Below are positions 14,520-28,243 of a stretch of DNA of 64,000 nt, piece after piece. The first letter of the stretch is position 1. Each line of letters opens with the position of its first letter. A program made the translations under genes and the position numbers. Source of the DNA: the human T2T-CHM13v2.0 reference genome, Homo sapiens; NCBI RefSeq assembly GCF_009914755.1, contig NC_060929.1. One strand, 5' to 3'. The notes under the pieces were generated by a model. That model made no database searches, was not told the DNA's origin, and was given only the letters and a program-made list of their open reading frames with translations.

Positions 14520-14835
14520 TATTTTTTAATTATGTAAAATATATATAAATAAGGTATATTATTGAACAATTTTTAAACATACAATTTAGTAACATTAAGT
14601 ACATTTGCAATGTTGCGCGACCATCACTACCATCTATCTCCAGAGCGCTTTTCATTTTCCCTACAGCAACTGTGTCTCCATGAAACACTCACTCCCCATC
14701 CTCCCTCTCCCCAGCCCCAGGTCACCATTGTGCTGCTTCCTATTTCTATGAATTTGCCTATTCTAGGGACCTCACATGAGTGGAGTCACACAATATCTGT
14801 CCCTCTGTGTCTGGCTCCTTGCCCCTGGCATCGTG
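14520..14835 (-). mobile_element. L1MB-type 3' end, antisense
   Basis: ACATTAAGTACATTTGCAATGTTG...CTATGAATTTGCCTATTCTAGGGACCTCACATGAGTGGAGTCA. Confidence 0.75.
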
Positions 14836-15789
14836 CCCTCGGGTGTTCCTTTTCTTCTGGAAGCCCCAGTCCCTCTGCAGCCGGTGAGCCTTGGTTTGCC
14901 CTGCGTTTTTCCAGCCAGTGGCAAGCAGCCCTTATTAATTGCCTCTCTGTCATCGCTTGCCATGACTCTGTACCTCAAAGGGGAGAGATGCATTAGGAGT
15001 AACATGTGACGGCTTGAGGCTGCCCTGACCTGTCCCTGCTGTTGACTGGGTGGATGGGCTGGTTCATCCCGAGGCTCCACGTCAATTTCCAGTCACTGAT
15101 ATTTATTCCCAGCCTGCATTTTAATGACCCTTACAAAAGCCAGGGTCAACGGGAACAGTGTGTTCAGAGAACTGGCTTTTTAAATCTCATTACTCATTGG
15201 TATTGAATGCCAAAATGTCCAAGTCAGTTTTATTTCCAATGAATTGTGCGATTTTAACAGGATATCTTAAACACTTGATGTTTATCCATGTGATACCAAC
15301 ACCTCAATCAAAAGTGGAGAAAAACAATTGGTTGTCCATGCTTGTTTCATACGTAGTGTTTTTTCCATCTTAGTCTCCAGCTAGCTGTTGAGAATCACAT
15401 ATGAGTGGCCGAATGTGCTGCCATTTTATTCCTGACATTTTGAGAATGTTGTCACTTGATTCCTCACAGCATTTTGCAATTTCTTCTGAGAAATTTCCAA
15501 GAAATTTATTATAAGTAAAGCATATATAAATCTGTGAGCCACCCAGACAAGGAGTTAGCCATAGTTAACTATAGTCTAGTCAGGTAGACTTCTAATTCCA
15601 ACCAAATGACAAACACAATGATGTCATCAGGCATAAAACAATACTAAAGCACCTGTTCACAATTTAATGTGATTCGAAAAATGTAATTCTGATATGTTTT
15701 AAATTGCCTGAGAAATGTAAAATTTGCAAGTAAACTAAAAATATGCAGTGTTCATTAGCATTTTATTTAGGATGTTTTGAACAGATTGA

Positions 15790-16085
15790 TGACATCATTG
15801 TCCCAATTGTGACAAAGGATGTGGAAAATTAAATTGGGTCCAGAGAAGAGCTGCCTAAATCATTATGATGCTAAAAATATTTTCAGTGGAGAAAGTTGGG
15901 GCAGTTTTACCTGGAGGGAAGGTGGGCAAGGGATTAGTAACTCTCTTGAGTATTTGACTGGCTACAATTAGGGAATGACATGAGTTTGTTACTTTAAAAT
16001 GCAAAGAAGACGGAGGAAGGGAAGCTGATTCAAAATTGTAGTATGATTTTAGACAGAATGAAGAGTTTCTTGAATTTACGGGTAG
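15790..16085 (+). mobile_element. Possible CR1/L3 LINE remnant
   Basis: GGGTCCAGAGAAGAGC...TTTACCTGGAGGGAAGGTGG resembles the CR1/L3 3' region; heavily diverged. Confidence 0.35.
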
Positions 16086-17043
16086 TTGATATTAATAAAT
16101 ACTAGAAAGACATAGCAGAAGTGGGTTAGGAAACGTTGTGTGTAGTGATTGGAGTTTTCTCTTGTACTTTAAGTTCAACCATCATATTTATTGCAAAACC
16201 TCCTTGCAAGACACATTTTTCACAAAGTAAACTACTCATTCATTGTATGTCAAGAATGCAACACTTCATTTTACCTAGTTTTTTGCCTATAGGTGATATA
16301 TAATCAAGAAGTTTTTGTTAATTATTTTAAGATCCTTGGCACTTAAGACTAGTAACCCACCAAGCTAAACAATCTCCTTTTGTTTGCCATTTATTGATTT
16401 TTTAATATTTAAATCAATTGAATTTTTGGTCTATCAAATCTAAATCTAAATCTGTACCCTTTTGGAGCCTGATGTTTGCCAAGCAATTATTCCATTCGTA
16501 TAAGTTTTTCCAAAATGTTAGCACATTTGTAGTTCAGCCAGGGATGTGATGATTTTTACAAGTTCTTTCATCATACATAAAGAAATCTACTACGTTTCTT
16601 TGATGCTTAAATCAGCATTTTGCCAAATTTAGTCAAATGATATAACGGCAGAAATACCATATCTCGTATCTCTATTGACTGTGAGAGGAATGTTCCCAAG
16701 AATAGACTAAGTAAATGTCTTCTTATCTGTCCAAATAAATTAGTTTAGGTATTTGACAAGAACTATGCAATCCAGAGAAATAACTCCACAGAAACAAACA
16801 AAAGCAACCATAGAAACTATAGGGAAATTTTACTTTTTAAACCTTGAATATGTATGGTTAACCCTATGCAGAAAACACAAGCTGTTTAATAGGTTTATGG
16901 ATGAGATTAATTTCTTTCAGTAAAAGGAATGGGCTGAAGTCATGAGTCTCTGGTTTGTTTCCAGAACATTCCTCTGACCCTTAGCCACATGACAGAAAAG
17001 TGGCTGATCCGTGGGTATTTAGTCTGTGTGCAGCTTCTGTAGG

Positions 17044-17099
17044 ACAGACAGCGAGCGAGCGAGAGAGAGAGAGAGGATGAGAGAGAGAAAAAGAGAGAT
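17044..17099. repeat. Purine-rich (GACA)/(GCGA)/(GA)n simple repeat
   Basis: ACAGACAGCGAGCGAGCGAGAGAGAGAGAGAGGATGAGAGAGAGAAAAAGAGAGA. Confidence 0.8.
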
Positions 17100-17808
17100 A
17101 CACATTTCTACTGCCTTGCTAACAGGTTGATACTGTCCTTCTGATGCTTATATTGGTGACCATTACATAAGAGCTAATTATTTTCTCAGCATTACCTTTT
17201 TTGTTTTTTTAGTTTAAATCCCCTTTCCAGCAGTCCAGAGAACATCCATCCTTTTAAATTTTTCACCCCTTATGATTCTGAGTTGCCAGGCACTCACAAA
17301 TAATAGATACAAATGTCGAGGCTGGTGATTGCATTTTGCCCATAAAATTAATTTTCATTCTAAACATCAAAAATTCATAGGACTGTATTGACTCATTTAA
17401 TGTTTGAGCCAAGATGGCAAAGATACTGGGGGGAAAAAAGCATTCCGAAGGCTCCGATTTGATGGTAGAGAGTTGAATGTATATATGGTGATATTGGCTT
17501 CAAAGGTGATATCGGTTTCAAATGTAATTCTAACCACGCCCTCTGCCCAGAGCTTTGTGTACTTTTAATTTACTGTTTGATAAAGGCGCCTCCAATTCCT
17601 TTAATGTGAATTTTGAAGTTCTGGAATTCTCTATTGAATGTATAGAACAATAAATTGTTAATTACTTATTCAATAGAAATTCCCGAGTCCACATAAACAA
17701 TCCTGTTTACTGTGCATAAGGAACACAGAATTCATAAAGTTAGCACCCACCTGCTAGTTATTTAATCTAATTTACATTAATTCATTGAAAAAAACCTTCT
17801 CTTTGCAG

Positions 17809-17928
17809 TTTTTCCTGAGTGACTCAGAGGAAACAATCCCTCCAACTGCCAACACAACAAACACAAGCTTTTCAGCCTCAAATAATCAGGTGGCGATTCT
17901 GCGTGCGCAGAATTTATTTTTCCTCCCG
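17809..17928 (+). CDS. ADCY2: ADCY2 coding exon (probably exon 17), 120 nt, phase 0-0, extracellular loop with N-glycosylation sequons
   Basis: Acceptor CTCTTTGCAG|; translates FFLSDSEETIPPTANTTNTSFSASNNQVAILRAQNLFFLP (NTT and NTS sequons); donor CCG|GTAAGA. Confidence 0.96.
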
Positions 17929-18870
17929 GTAAGAACATTGCAATTATGACTGCTTTGGTGGCTCTCCTGTATGCTCGTAGTCTGTATAACATATATCCTT
18001 TAGTCTCAGATCTGTTCTAGACTTTGCATTTCCTCTCTGGTATCAATCCCTGAGTGGTTCTGAATTTACAAATGTCAGCCTCTGCTAGAAGTCTGGGCCC
18101 TTGGGAACTGGCTACACTTATATCTGAAAACTTACAATGTTATTGTCATGCTTTCACCAGTAATGTTTCCTTCTTCTCTTAACCACTACAGCATTTCTAG
18201 CATATTTCCTACCATATGGCATTCAATTATAAGGCACTATGTTTCTGGGTTTCTTACTTAGAGACATTGCTAATTGTTCCAGTGAATTAATATTATCCCC
18301 CTTAAAGCTGTGATAAAACTGCCCACATCTCATTATCTTCCCTCTTCTTTGGCAACATACGTTGCTGAGTGATTCTGTTCCCTAGTAATTCTTGCTAACT
18401 GACTCATCTTAACCAGTGTCACAAAGGACCTAGGTTAAAACTTCAAAACTTATTAACACATTAGTCTTCTAAGTGGAGAGTTAGGTCAGTTATTTACTGC
18501 TTAACAACTTTGTCCTTCCATAAATCGTTTGTGGAAAAAAAAAAAGTTTTGCTACTCTCCTTTGCACTTTCCAAATAATTATCTGAAAGTAGTGCAGATT
18601 ATGCTCGTTTAGTTTCCGTGTCAAATAATGGGTTTTGACAATGCTAAGGGAACTATTTTGGGGACTGAAATTGGTAATTTAATATGTACGCTTTCAAAAT
18701 TCCTTACCAAAAATTTTAACTCCGTTAGCTTTGGCAATAGAGTGGATTTATTTCCTATTCCTCCTTCTCTGATTTGCTTCCTTGATATTTTGCTCTGGTC
18801 CTTTTTCCCTTCCCATCATTTAATTTCTTGGGAAGCTCACAGCTCCATGCACAGATAGAAGTGGCTTCTG

Positions 18871-19220
<350 letters not shown>

Positions 19221-20179
19221 TCATGGGCAAAATGACCAAGGTCCAAAAGCAATGTCCCCTTGGGCTTGGGAAGAGGGGGGTGCTATAGGTTCATCCCCTA
19301 CCCAGAAGATCCTGCGCTTCAAATTAGGTGTTATCATAAACTCCAGTAAGGGCTAGGCGTTGCCTTCTCTATTTAGTTATGTGAAAAGTGAAAAGCTAGA
19401 GTCATTGTGAGAGTTTATTGACTGTAATCTCACTGTGGGCCATTTGTGGGCCATTTGGAGCTCTCTTTTTTAGAGAAATATTTAAATTAACGGTGTGGCC
19501 TGCCTATTCCTCCTTGATCCAATGGCGTTAGCATCCATATGATCCATAGGCTGGTTGCTGGGAAGAGAGTGCACCGACCAAACAGTCCCCCTTTCGCATT
19601 CACGTGGCACTTTGAGTTTAAAATTTTAACATGAAGATGCATTTTGACAGGAAAAAAATGTATAGCTGCAATATTTTTTTAAATCTCTCCTTCCACTATG
19701 TTTGAGCCGAACAACTCACCACACTTGGCATCACTAAAAGAATAAGGAAATCATTATGAATTTCATTTAGGTAAATCTGTATAATATCTTATTTGCAATC
19801 AAAGAAAATTATTAAAAACTTAAAGTGGGGAAAGGCAACATTTACTCAACCTTTAAAGATTCTGAAAAAGCACACAATAGGGTCTCTCAAATCTAGGTGG
19901 GATTTAGTAAACAGGCTACTATCTTTCCAATCATGAGGCCTTGAAGATCCTGGCCAGCGTTGCCAAGGAAGCCCCAGGTCTACGTGGACTGGCTGCCCAG
20001 AAACCACATTGTGAACTCACGGGTTTAGCAGTCCTCAAGGAGCCTGGAGACATCCTGGCTTCCTCCCTAAAGGATCCCAGGGAACAGTAGAAAAGCCATT
20101 TTGTGAGTGTGTGCCAAACAGGCGTCATTTCTCTCAAACCCTATGTTATGTGATGCCTGAAGTTGACCAGCAAGCTGAG

Positions 20180-20700
20180 AAGCATGCCCAGTTCACTGCT
20201 GGTGGTGGTATAAAGTGATATAACTCTTCTAAGTGGTAATTTCAATAGTTATCAAAAAGCACAAGACAGACACACTTTTTACCCTGTAACACTAATTTTG
20301 AAAATTAATTTTAAAAGTGAAAAGGTTTACCAAAAACATGTTTGTGCATGTGTTTATGTAACATCAACAAAAAGAAAGAAAACAACCTAAAAATATGAAA
20401 ATGCAAATTTTAAAATACATTTTATTGTAACACACGATAAGGTTATGCTTAACCACCATATAAGACATTGTAAAAAAATTAATGACATATAAATGCATAT
20501 GCATAATAAATTATTCATTGAAAAGTATTGTTTTAAAAAATACAAAACAGTATTATTTTAATTTTTAAAAATAATACTACCAATAATAAGTAGCAAGAAA
20601 AAGGCTGGAAACACATATACAAATAATGAATAGTGGCTAAAGTGGATGTTGGGGATTATCAGAGACCCTTATTTTTATATATATCCTTTCATATATTTCC
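20180..20700 (+). mobile_element. Old L1ME-type 3' fragment
   Basis: TCACTGCTGGTGGTGGTATAAAGTGATATAACTCTT...AAAGGCTGGAAACACATATACAAA; A-rich and diverged. Confidence 0.5.
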
Positions 20701-21923
20701 CAATTTTTAACATCTGGTGTATTATTTCTCTAGTGGGAAAACATAGTCCTTTTAAAATACCCAAATTAGCTATAAAGATCTTTGCCAAGTTGTTTGTACC
20801 ACAGCAGGCACTTGGTATGCATTACATCATTTCATCCAAAAATGACCCTGGTGAAGTAGATATTATTGGGATTCTCGTTTTGCAAGTGAAGAAGCTAAGA
20901 CCCAGAGACTTTAGGGTTGATAAATTACTCCCGATAATGGTGGCTGTTACCTTACTGTAAAATGCAAGTTGGTTTCAATGATTAGGTCAAAACTGGTAAA
21001 CATTACTAGCAATCAGGTTACCAGTAAGTACACTCCAATAGAAGTCGGTTCAGTATCCTATTGCCAGAATCGCTGACTATCTGGAGCCTTACCCGGTCAG
21101 CTAAACCGTGGAGCCAGGACAGGCTCCCAGCCTGGTATCCTGCAGTGTCCTCTCCCACACATCCCTGGATGGCTATTTGCAGGTTCCCAACCTACCTTTT
21201 TATGCCAGATCATCTCTTGCACAGTCTCCAAGCATTCTAGAAAGCCATTTAACAGAAATGGACTAAAAGTATGCTTCCCATTACCATACATATTTTAGTA
21301 GTTGTTCTGAAATGTGAAAATAAAAATTTTAAAGCCTAAGAATGAATTTTGAAATGTGAAACCTTAGCATATTTTATAGGTGTTGACACCTAGTTCAAAG
21401 GTTCAAACTGTGAAAAACTTTAAAAATTTACCCCAGGTCCCCACACACCAAACAATCCACATATACCCATTGATACATACACACCCTCTTATAAGTGGTT
21501 CCTTATTCTGCTCTCTCATTCGATTAGGCTGAACTGGTTGATAACTTTAATTATAACAGTGGTTTTCAAGCATAATTTTAGAAACAGAGCTGTTCCAAAA
21601 ACCAAAACTTACAAAGGACTTTAGTTTATCATAATAATAGCAGAATTTACAAGCTTCTCATGGACTAGGCTGTTCTGAACTCTTTTGTTACTTAATCTTC
21701 GTGAGAATTCTCCAAGATGGGTGTTATCATCATCTTTACTTTGAGTGACTCATGGAAGACACAGGATTGCCTTGTTAAGATCAGCTGCTTTGGGGAATCC
21801 GAGGGGACAGGATCACTGAATAAGAGCCTTGCCCCCACCAGTTCCTGGGGCAATTTCCTGGGTTTGAAGGAGCAGTTTTAAAATACTCAAGACTATTGAT
21901 TAAATGGCTACTAGGTTATAAAT

Positions 21924-22180
21924 AAGGGCTTCTCAAACTCTTTGTGAAGGCCCTTTTTTCATTTCGCTTTGTTTTGTGTTTTTAATTTCTAATCTATGAC
22001 AGACTAATGCTTTTGAAAAATGTAATGGTGAATTACCAGCAAAATGAACTAAAAAGGAAGCCATATGAAATGCAAGCTCATATTTCGTTATATTCAACAG
22101 AAACAAGCTCACTCTGCCAAGTTTCTATCCACATTCTGTACCTGTCTTGCAGAACTCACTGCTGTACTTTGAGTGGTCTT
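21924..22180. mobile_element. hAT-Charlie relic (MER112-like)
   Basis: AGGGCTTCTCAAACTCTTTGTGAAGG...TTTTAATTTCTAATC...ATTCAACAGAAACAAGCTCACTCTG...ACTTTGAGTGG matches the recalled MER112 layout. Confidence 0.5.
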
Positions 22181-24055
22181 CTTCTAAGCAACATGGAGCA
22201 TTAATGTACCTTGTATCAGAGGCCTCAGACCTGCCCTGAAGTAGATACTTAGTAACTTCTCTAAGGTGACAAGGGCTGAACTCTCATAGAAATAAGGTCT
22301 CCTTTCAAAGAGCATGCTAGACCCCTCCTCCCTCTGAGATACTGCCTGTCCACCTGTTCACAGCTCTGTTGATTCTATTGTTTTACTACATTAACCCACA
22401 TCATCTCTTCTTTTCCTTTTCCTGTTCTCTGTCGTGGGAAGGCATGAGAGGCAGAAGAGTGGAGACTTGACATCGGGCAATTGCAGCTAAGAAACTGTGC
22501 TTACAACACTCTGTATTCCTTAAAATGCTGCCACCTGAAGTGAAGGGTGGCCTTCACATTCCCATGCAAAGGAAGACTTTAACTCCCTGAAGAGTGACCC
22601 AGTTGATGTGTAATCCAGTGCGAGGTGTTGGTCTTCCTTTTGAAGCCACAGTGTCAGGTCGAAGTCCTTACTGATGGATTTCTACTCATTCCTGCTTGAG
22701 TGCCTCCACTCAAGCATGCCCCTTACAAAGAGAAAGCCTGCCATATGATCACTGCAAGCTCCTATTCCCAACTTTTCTTTCTTCCTTCCACAAGAACAGG
22801 ACTGTTGAGCTAATATCAGTGGCCTTCCACATAGGTTAATGTAGATGGCTTTAGCTGGGGAAATCAAAGGAAGAGCTCAAATGACAAAAATAAGCAGTTC
22901 TTACCAGGCTTACTCAACATGATGAAATTAAAATGGAGTAGTTTAAAAGCTGGGCTATTTTTAAAGACAAGGTTTAAAAAACATCAATAAGATCTATGTT
23001 TTATTAAAAGTCTTAATTTTTTTGAGTGTTGTCTCTGTTCTAGGAATGCTGAGATAGAAACACAAACCCTTGTTCACAGAAACCCCGTAATGTAGCAAAT
23101 AAAGCCTTTCTGAGGATGGCACCTGTTTCCCTGCAGCAAGTCCCTCCTGGCGTGCAGGACTCTGGGCTCTGTGCATTACTTTTTTATCTCTGTTGTTTTC
23201 AATGACCTACAAGGAGAATATGATTACCCTCATTTTACAGTGTCATGCGGACACTGTGATATAAGCAAGTTAGGTCACTGGCTGAAAGTAAGTGAGCTAA
23301 TGAGTTAGTGAAGAGTTGAATTCAGAGCTATCCAAAGCCTATCTGAACGGTGCCTGCAGTGGTAAATGGGGAGGAAATGGCTCACCTGGGGCAGGCCTGC
23401 CTTCAGCTTGTTCTGCCCTAAGATGGAAGATACCAGCTCGCTGGCCGCCACTTGGTTCGTCCGCTTTCTTCTGGTGCCTGTCAAACTCCCGGGGGGATTC
23501 ATGACTCACCCTGGTCAAGGCTTTTAATTTAAGTCCTTCTGTTTTAAATAGGCCCTCTGACACACAATTTCTCTTTTAATAAAATGTCTGGGCTTCCTTA
23601 TGCTTTTAACAGAGCTATCTGTAATGATTTATATTCTCTTAATGAATTAAAGAATTGAAAGGCCAAAAAAGATCCTATAGACTTAACTTACATTTAAGGA
23701 ATGTATAGGAGGCCACAGTGTTTTCATTTTCAAGAAATAGATAACATTGGCTTATAGTGATGTGTCTTCCATATAAGTTTTTTTTACAATTTATTTCTAA
23801 AAAGTGGCAATATACATGCTTCTTTTTATTTATCATGCAAGGTTGAGTCGGAAAGCTTTGGATGATTTTTTTTTTTTCTGAATTTAACATATCCAGGCAT
23901 TTACCACTGGATCAAAGATGAGAAACAAGCCTCTGTTTTCACAGCCACCTTATATGTTGACCAGATGAGATGGGCGGTGGTCCCCTGATTGTAATTGTTT
24001 CAGCATTTCTCAGAAGAGATCCTAAGTATCTGTCTGGTGTCCTTCCCTGTTTCAG

Positions 24056-24225
24056 TACTTTATCTACAGCTGCATTCTGGGACTGATATCCTGTTCCGTG
24101 TTCCTGCGGGTAAACTATGAGCTGAAGATGTTGATCATGATGGTGGCCTTGGTGGGCTACAACACCATCCTACTCCACACCCACGCCCACGTCCTGGGCG
24201 ACTACAGCCAGGTCTTATTTGAGAG
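24056..24225 (+). CDS. ADCY2: ADCY2 coding exon (probably exon 18), 170 nt, phase 0-2, transmembrane helices
   Basis: Acceptor CCCTGTTTCAG|; translates YFIYSCILGLISCSVFLRVNYELKMLIMMVALVGYNTILLHTHAHVLGDYSQVLFE plus AG; donor GAG|GTGAGC. Confidence 0.96.
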
Positions 24226-24496
24226 GTGAGCCACGGCCTCTTCCTTCTCTTACTATAGTTCTTTCCCAGCCTGTGGATAGCATGAGTGTGTGTTGAGTAA
24301 ATGCAAGTTAGCGATGTCATTGTCATTGATAAATCATTCTGAGAGAATTTCTTTGAAGTGATGCCTCAGAAAGACAATATGTGTTTTTGTTATAGATTAC
24401 ATCTGATTATGTATTCCCAAACACACATAGAAGATGTGAAGTGGTTTGGAGAGAAGAACTGTGTTATAACTGTACTATGTTGACAAAAGTAATCTA

Positions 24497-24710
24497 AGAT
24501 TGTCGACCTCAGCACTATTGACATTTTGGACTAAATAATTCTCTGTTGCGGGCGCCGTCCTGTGCGTGGTAGGTAGGGTGTTTAGTGACATCCCTGGCCT
24601 TTACCCACTGAATGCCAGTCAGAGTCTCTTCTGCCCCAAGTCATGACAACTGAAAATGTCCCTAGAAATTGCCAAATGTCCTCAGGAAGGCAAAATGGCC
24701 CTCAGTTCAA
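24497..24710. mobile_element. MER20 (hAT-Charlie MITE)
   Basis: ACCTCAGCACTATTGACATTTTGGACTAAATAATTCTCTGTTG...CATCCCTGGCCTTTACCCACTGAATGCCAG...GAAAATGTCCCTAGAAATTGCCAAATGTCC. Confidence 0.85.
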
Positions 24711-26055
24711 AGCAAAATATTGAAAAAATAAGTAGCTGTATTCACAAGTTACAGTGTTACATTTTTCACTAGAGATTTTCTAAAATACTGTTATGGGGAA
24801 GGGGAACTATCAGTCCTGAAAATTCTTTGTTCTGTGGAGAAATTGACTTCCAAGAAAATATATGGTTGCTTTAGGTCTTTCAACCATAAGCCTAGATGCA
24901 GCAAGAATGATTCTACCAGGTGTACTCACTGAGGTTTATAACCGGTTTCCTGTTACCAAATTACTTCCATAAGCTTATAATGAATATTTGTTTGAAAAAA
25001 ATTGTTTTAATCATTATGATACTTTCCACATCACATCTCAAAAGCAAAACAACATTTTATAACAAGTGTTAGGTTTATTTCTGAACCCACCAGATGTCAA
25101 AGTATTTTCTAGGAGTGCTTGGCACTGTCCTCCATCTTATTTCTACATTTATTTTAAAATAATATAAATGCCTTAAATATTTGCATTGATTTATTACTCC
25201 AGAAAGTTGTTTTGTGTTGACAGTACATGGCCACCTATTTCTTCACTGGAGACCCGGTGTTAGGAACGGCAGTTATCCCACTGTGTAGACATTTCTTACC
25301 AATAAGAACCTTTGCAGAAGGTGCAACCCATTCTTTTCACCTAATTTAATTTTCATCATCTTCCACACGATGAAACTCTACTAATCTGTAATCAAGCTTA
25401 AGGCAGTGGGGTTGCAAAAATGCATAATTATATTTATGATTCCTTAGCCAAAATGAGAATGGAAGTTAATTTTCCAATAAATTCTCAAAATTGCCAACTA
25501 AACATGCTTTACTATTGCTCTACTATATCCAGAAAGCCTGTGTTGTATTCCTAAATAAATGTAGCATTATTGATTTTCACGCGCAGCTGATAACGCTACT
25601 AAGTTTCCTTTTATTAAATTTAAAGCACCTGAATATGTTACACATCTGCAGCAAAAGAAGAAATCAGATTAGCAAGTTTCTGGTGTGGAGAGAATTGCTT
25701 CTGGGGACCTCAGTGGGGCGCTTGAAGAGATAATCTCTGAATGGAACCCTAGCAGCAGGAGACTAGTTATCAGGTTGAAGAAAAGGAGTTTTGCCTTTAG
25801 ATCACATTCTCTGTATTAAAGGTGTTTTGTATTTGCGCTCGGTTTGTCTTTGCAATGACCTTGAAGCTAGGGAGACTGACTTGAGAAGCCTCGGCGACTT
25901 GCCTTCACTTCCATCAGTAAAGCCAGCATCCTCCTCGGGGGCACGCACCTGTCTCTCACTTCCTAATTTTTTAAAAAAATTTTGTGGATACATAATAGGT
26001 ATACATATTTATGGGGTACATGAGATGTTTTCATACATCTTGCAATGTGAAATAA

Positions 26056-26947
<892 letters not shown>

Positions 26948-27674
26948 TGATCCCTGAACGGGCTGCACGATATTATCAGAAGCATCTTCAATGGAAAGAT
27001 GAGTCTTAACTGATGCGATAGCAGAAAAGCATAATACCTCAAAATCAATGAATATTCTATGATGTCCACTTAAAACTAACCCCACATGGGAGACCCTTAA
27101 GAGTGGGAATTTAGAAGCCCCCCGATTTCTCCAGCCTCATTGCCTGTTTTACGTAACCCTGTGACTCATGCCAGAGGTAAAACCAATCAATGTCAATGTT
27201 TTCTTTCTCTTTTCTGAGATCCAAGAGCTTTTCCCCATCAAATAATTGAAATCAGTTTTCTCATCCTTTGCCTTGCTTATTGATGCTGACACACACTTCC
27301 CAATATGAAAGTGAGATCCTTAAAAAAAAAAAAAAAAAAAAAAGCTGTGTAACATGATGCCTTGAGAGTGAACATCACTTAATCCAAAGCCAGAGGTGCC
27401 CCTGAGGGTGGGAGCTGGCTCACAGGACGGCCGGGCAGCACTGCCTTTTCTGATTGAGCCCCTCTGTGCCATTGAAGTCACGGCATTTTGTCCCATCCGT
27501 TTGGTGACCTGTCTCTGGGCGCCACATTCTTGCCTCATTCTTACTCCTTGCCTTCTCTCTTCTGTTCTGGTCTTCTTTCTGGGACCCTTGCTTGGCTGTG
27601 GCAGGTCAGTGTCCTTCCTGTCCACCCAGGCCCCTAGACCTGCTCCTCATTGACCTTGAGTGCTCTGACGACAC

Positions 27675-28243
27675 TGTGATGGTTAATGTTAGATGTCAAC
27701 ATGATTGGATTGAAGGATGTCTAGGTAGCTGGTAAAGTATTGTTTCTGGGTGTGTCTGCGTGGGTGTTGCCAGAGAAGACTGACATTTGAGTCGGTGGAC
27801 TGGGAGAGGAAGACCCACCCTCAGTGTGATGGGCACCACCCAATCAGCTGCCAGCACAACCAGAACAAAGCAGGTGAAAGAAGAATAAGCTGGCTTGCTG
27901 GCTCTTATGGTTTTCATCTTTATCCTGTGCTGGATGCTTCGTGCCCTTGAACATCAAACTCCAACATCAAAGGTTCTTTGGCCTTTGGACTCCAGGACTT
28001 GTACAGCAGTATCTCCAGGGTTCTTAGTACAGAAGGCTGCACTGTTGGTTTCCCTGGTTTTGAGGCTTTGGGACTTGGACTGAGCCACTCCCAGCATCTC
28101 TCTTTCCCTGCTTTGCAGACGGCCTGTCATGGGGCTTCACCTTGTGATCTGGTGAGCCAATTCTCGGTAATAAACTCCCTTCTATATATATATATATATA
28201 CATCCTATTAGTTCTAGCCCTCTGGAAAACCCCAACTAATACA
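27675..28243 (+). mobile_element. MLT2A (probably MLT2A2) solo LTR of the ERV-L family
   Basis: Starts TGTGATGGTTAATGTTAGATGTCAACATGATTGGATTGAAGGATG; has GAGTCGGTGGACTGGGAGAGGAAGACCCACCCTCA, AATAAA and a (TA)n; ends CCTATTAGTTCT...ACTAATACA (TG...CA termini). Confidence 0.88.
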
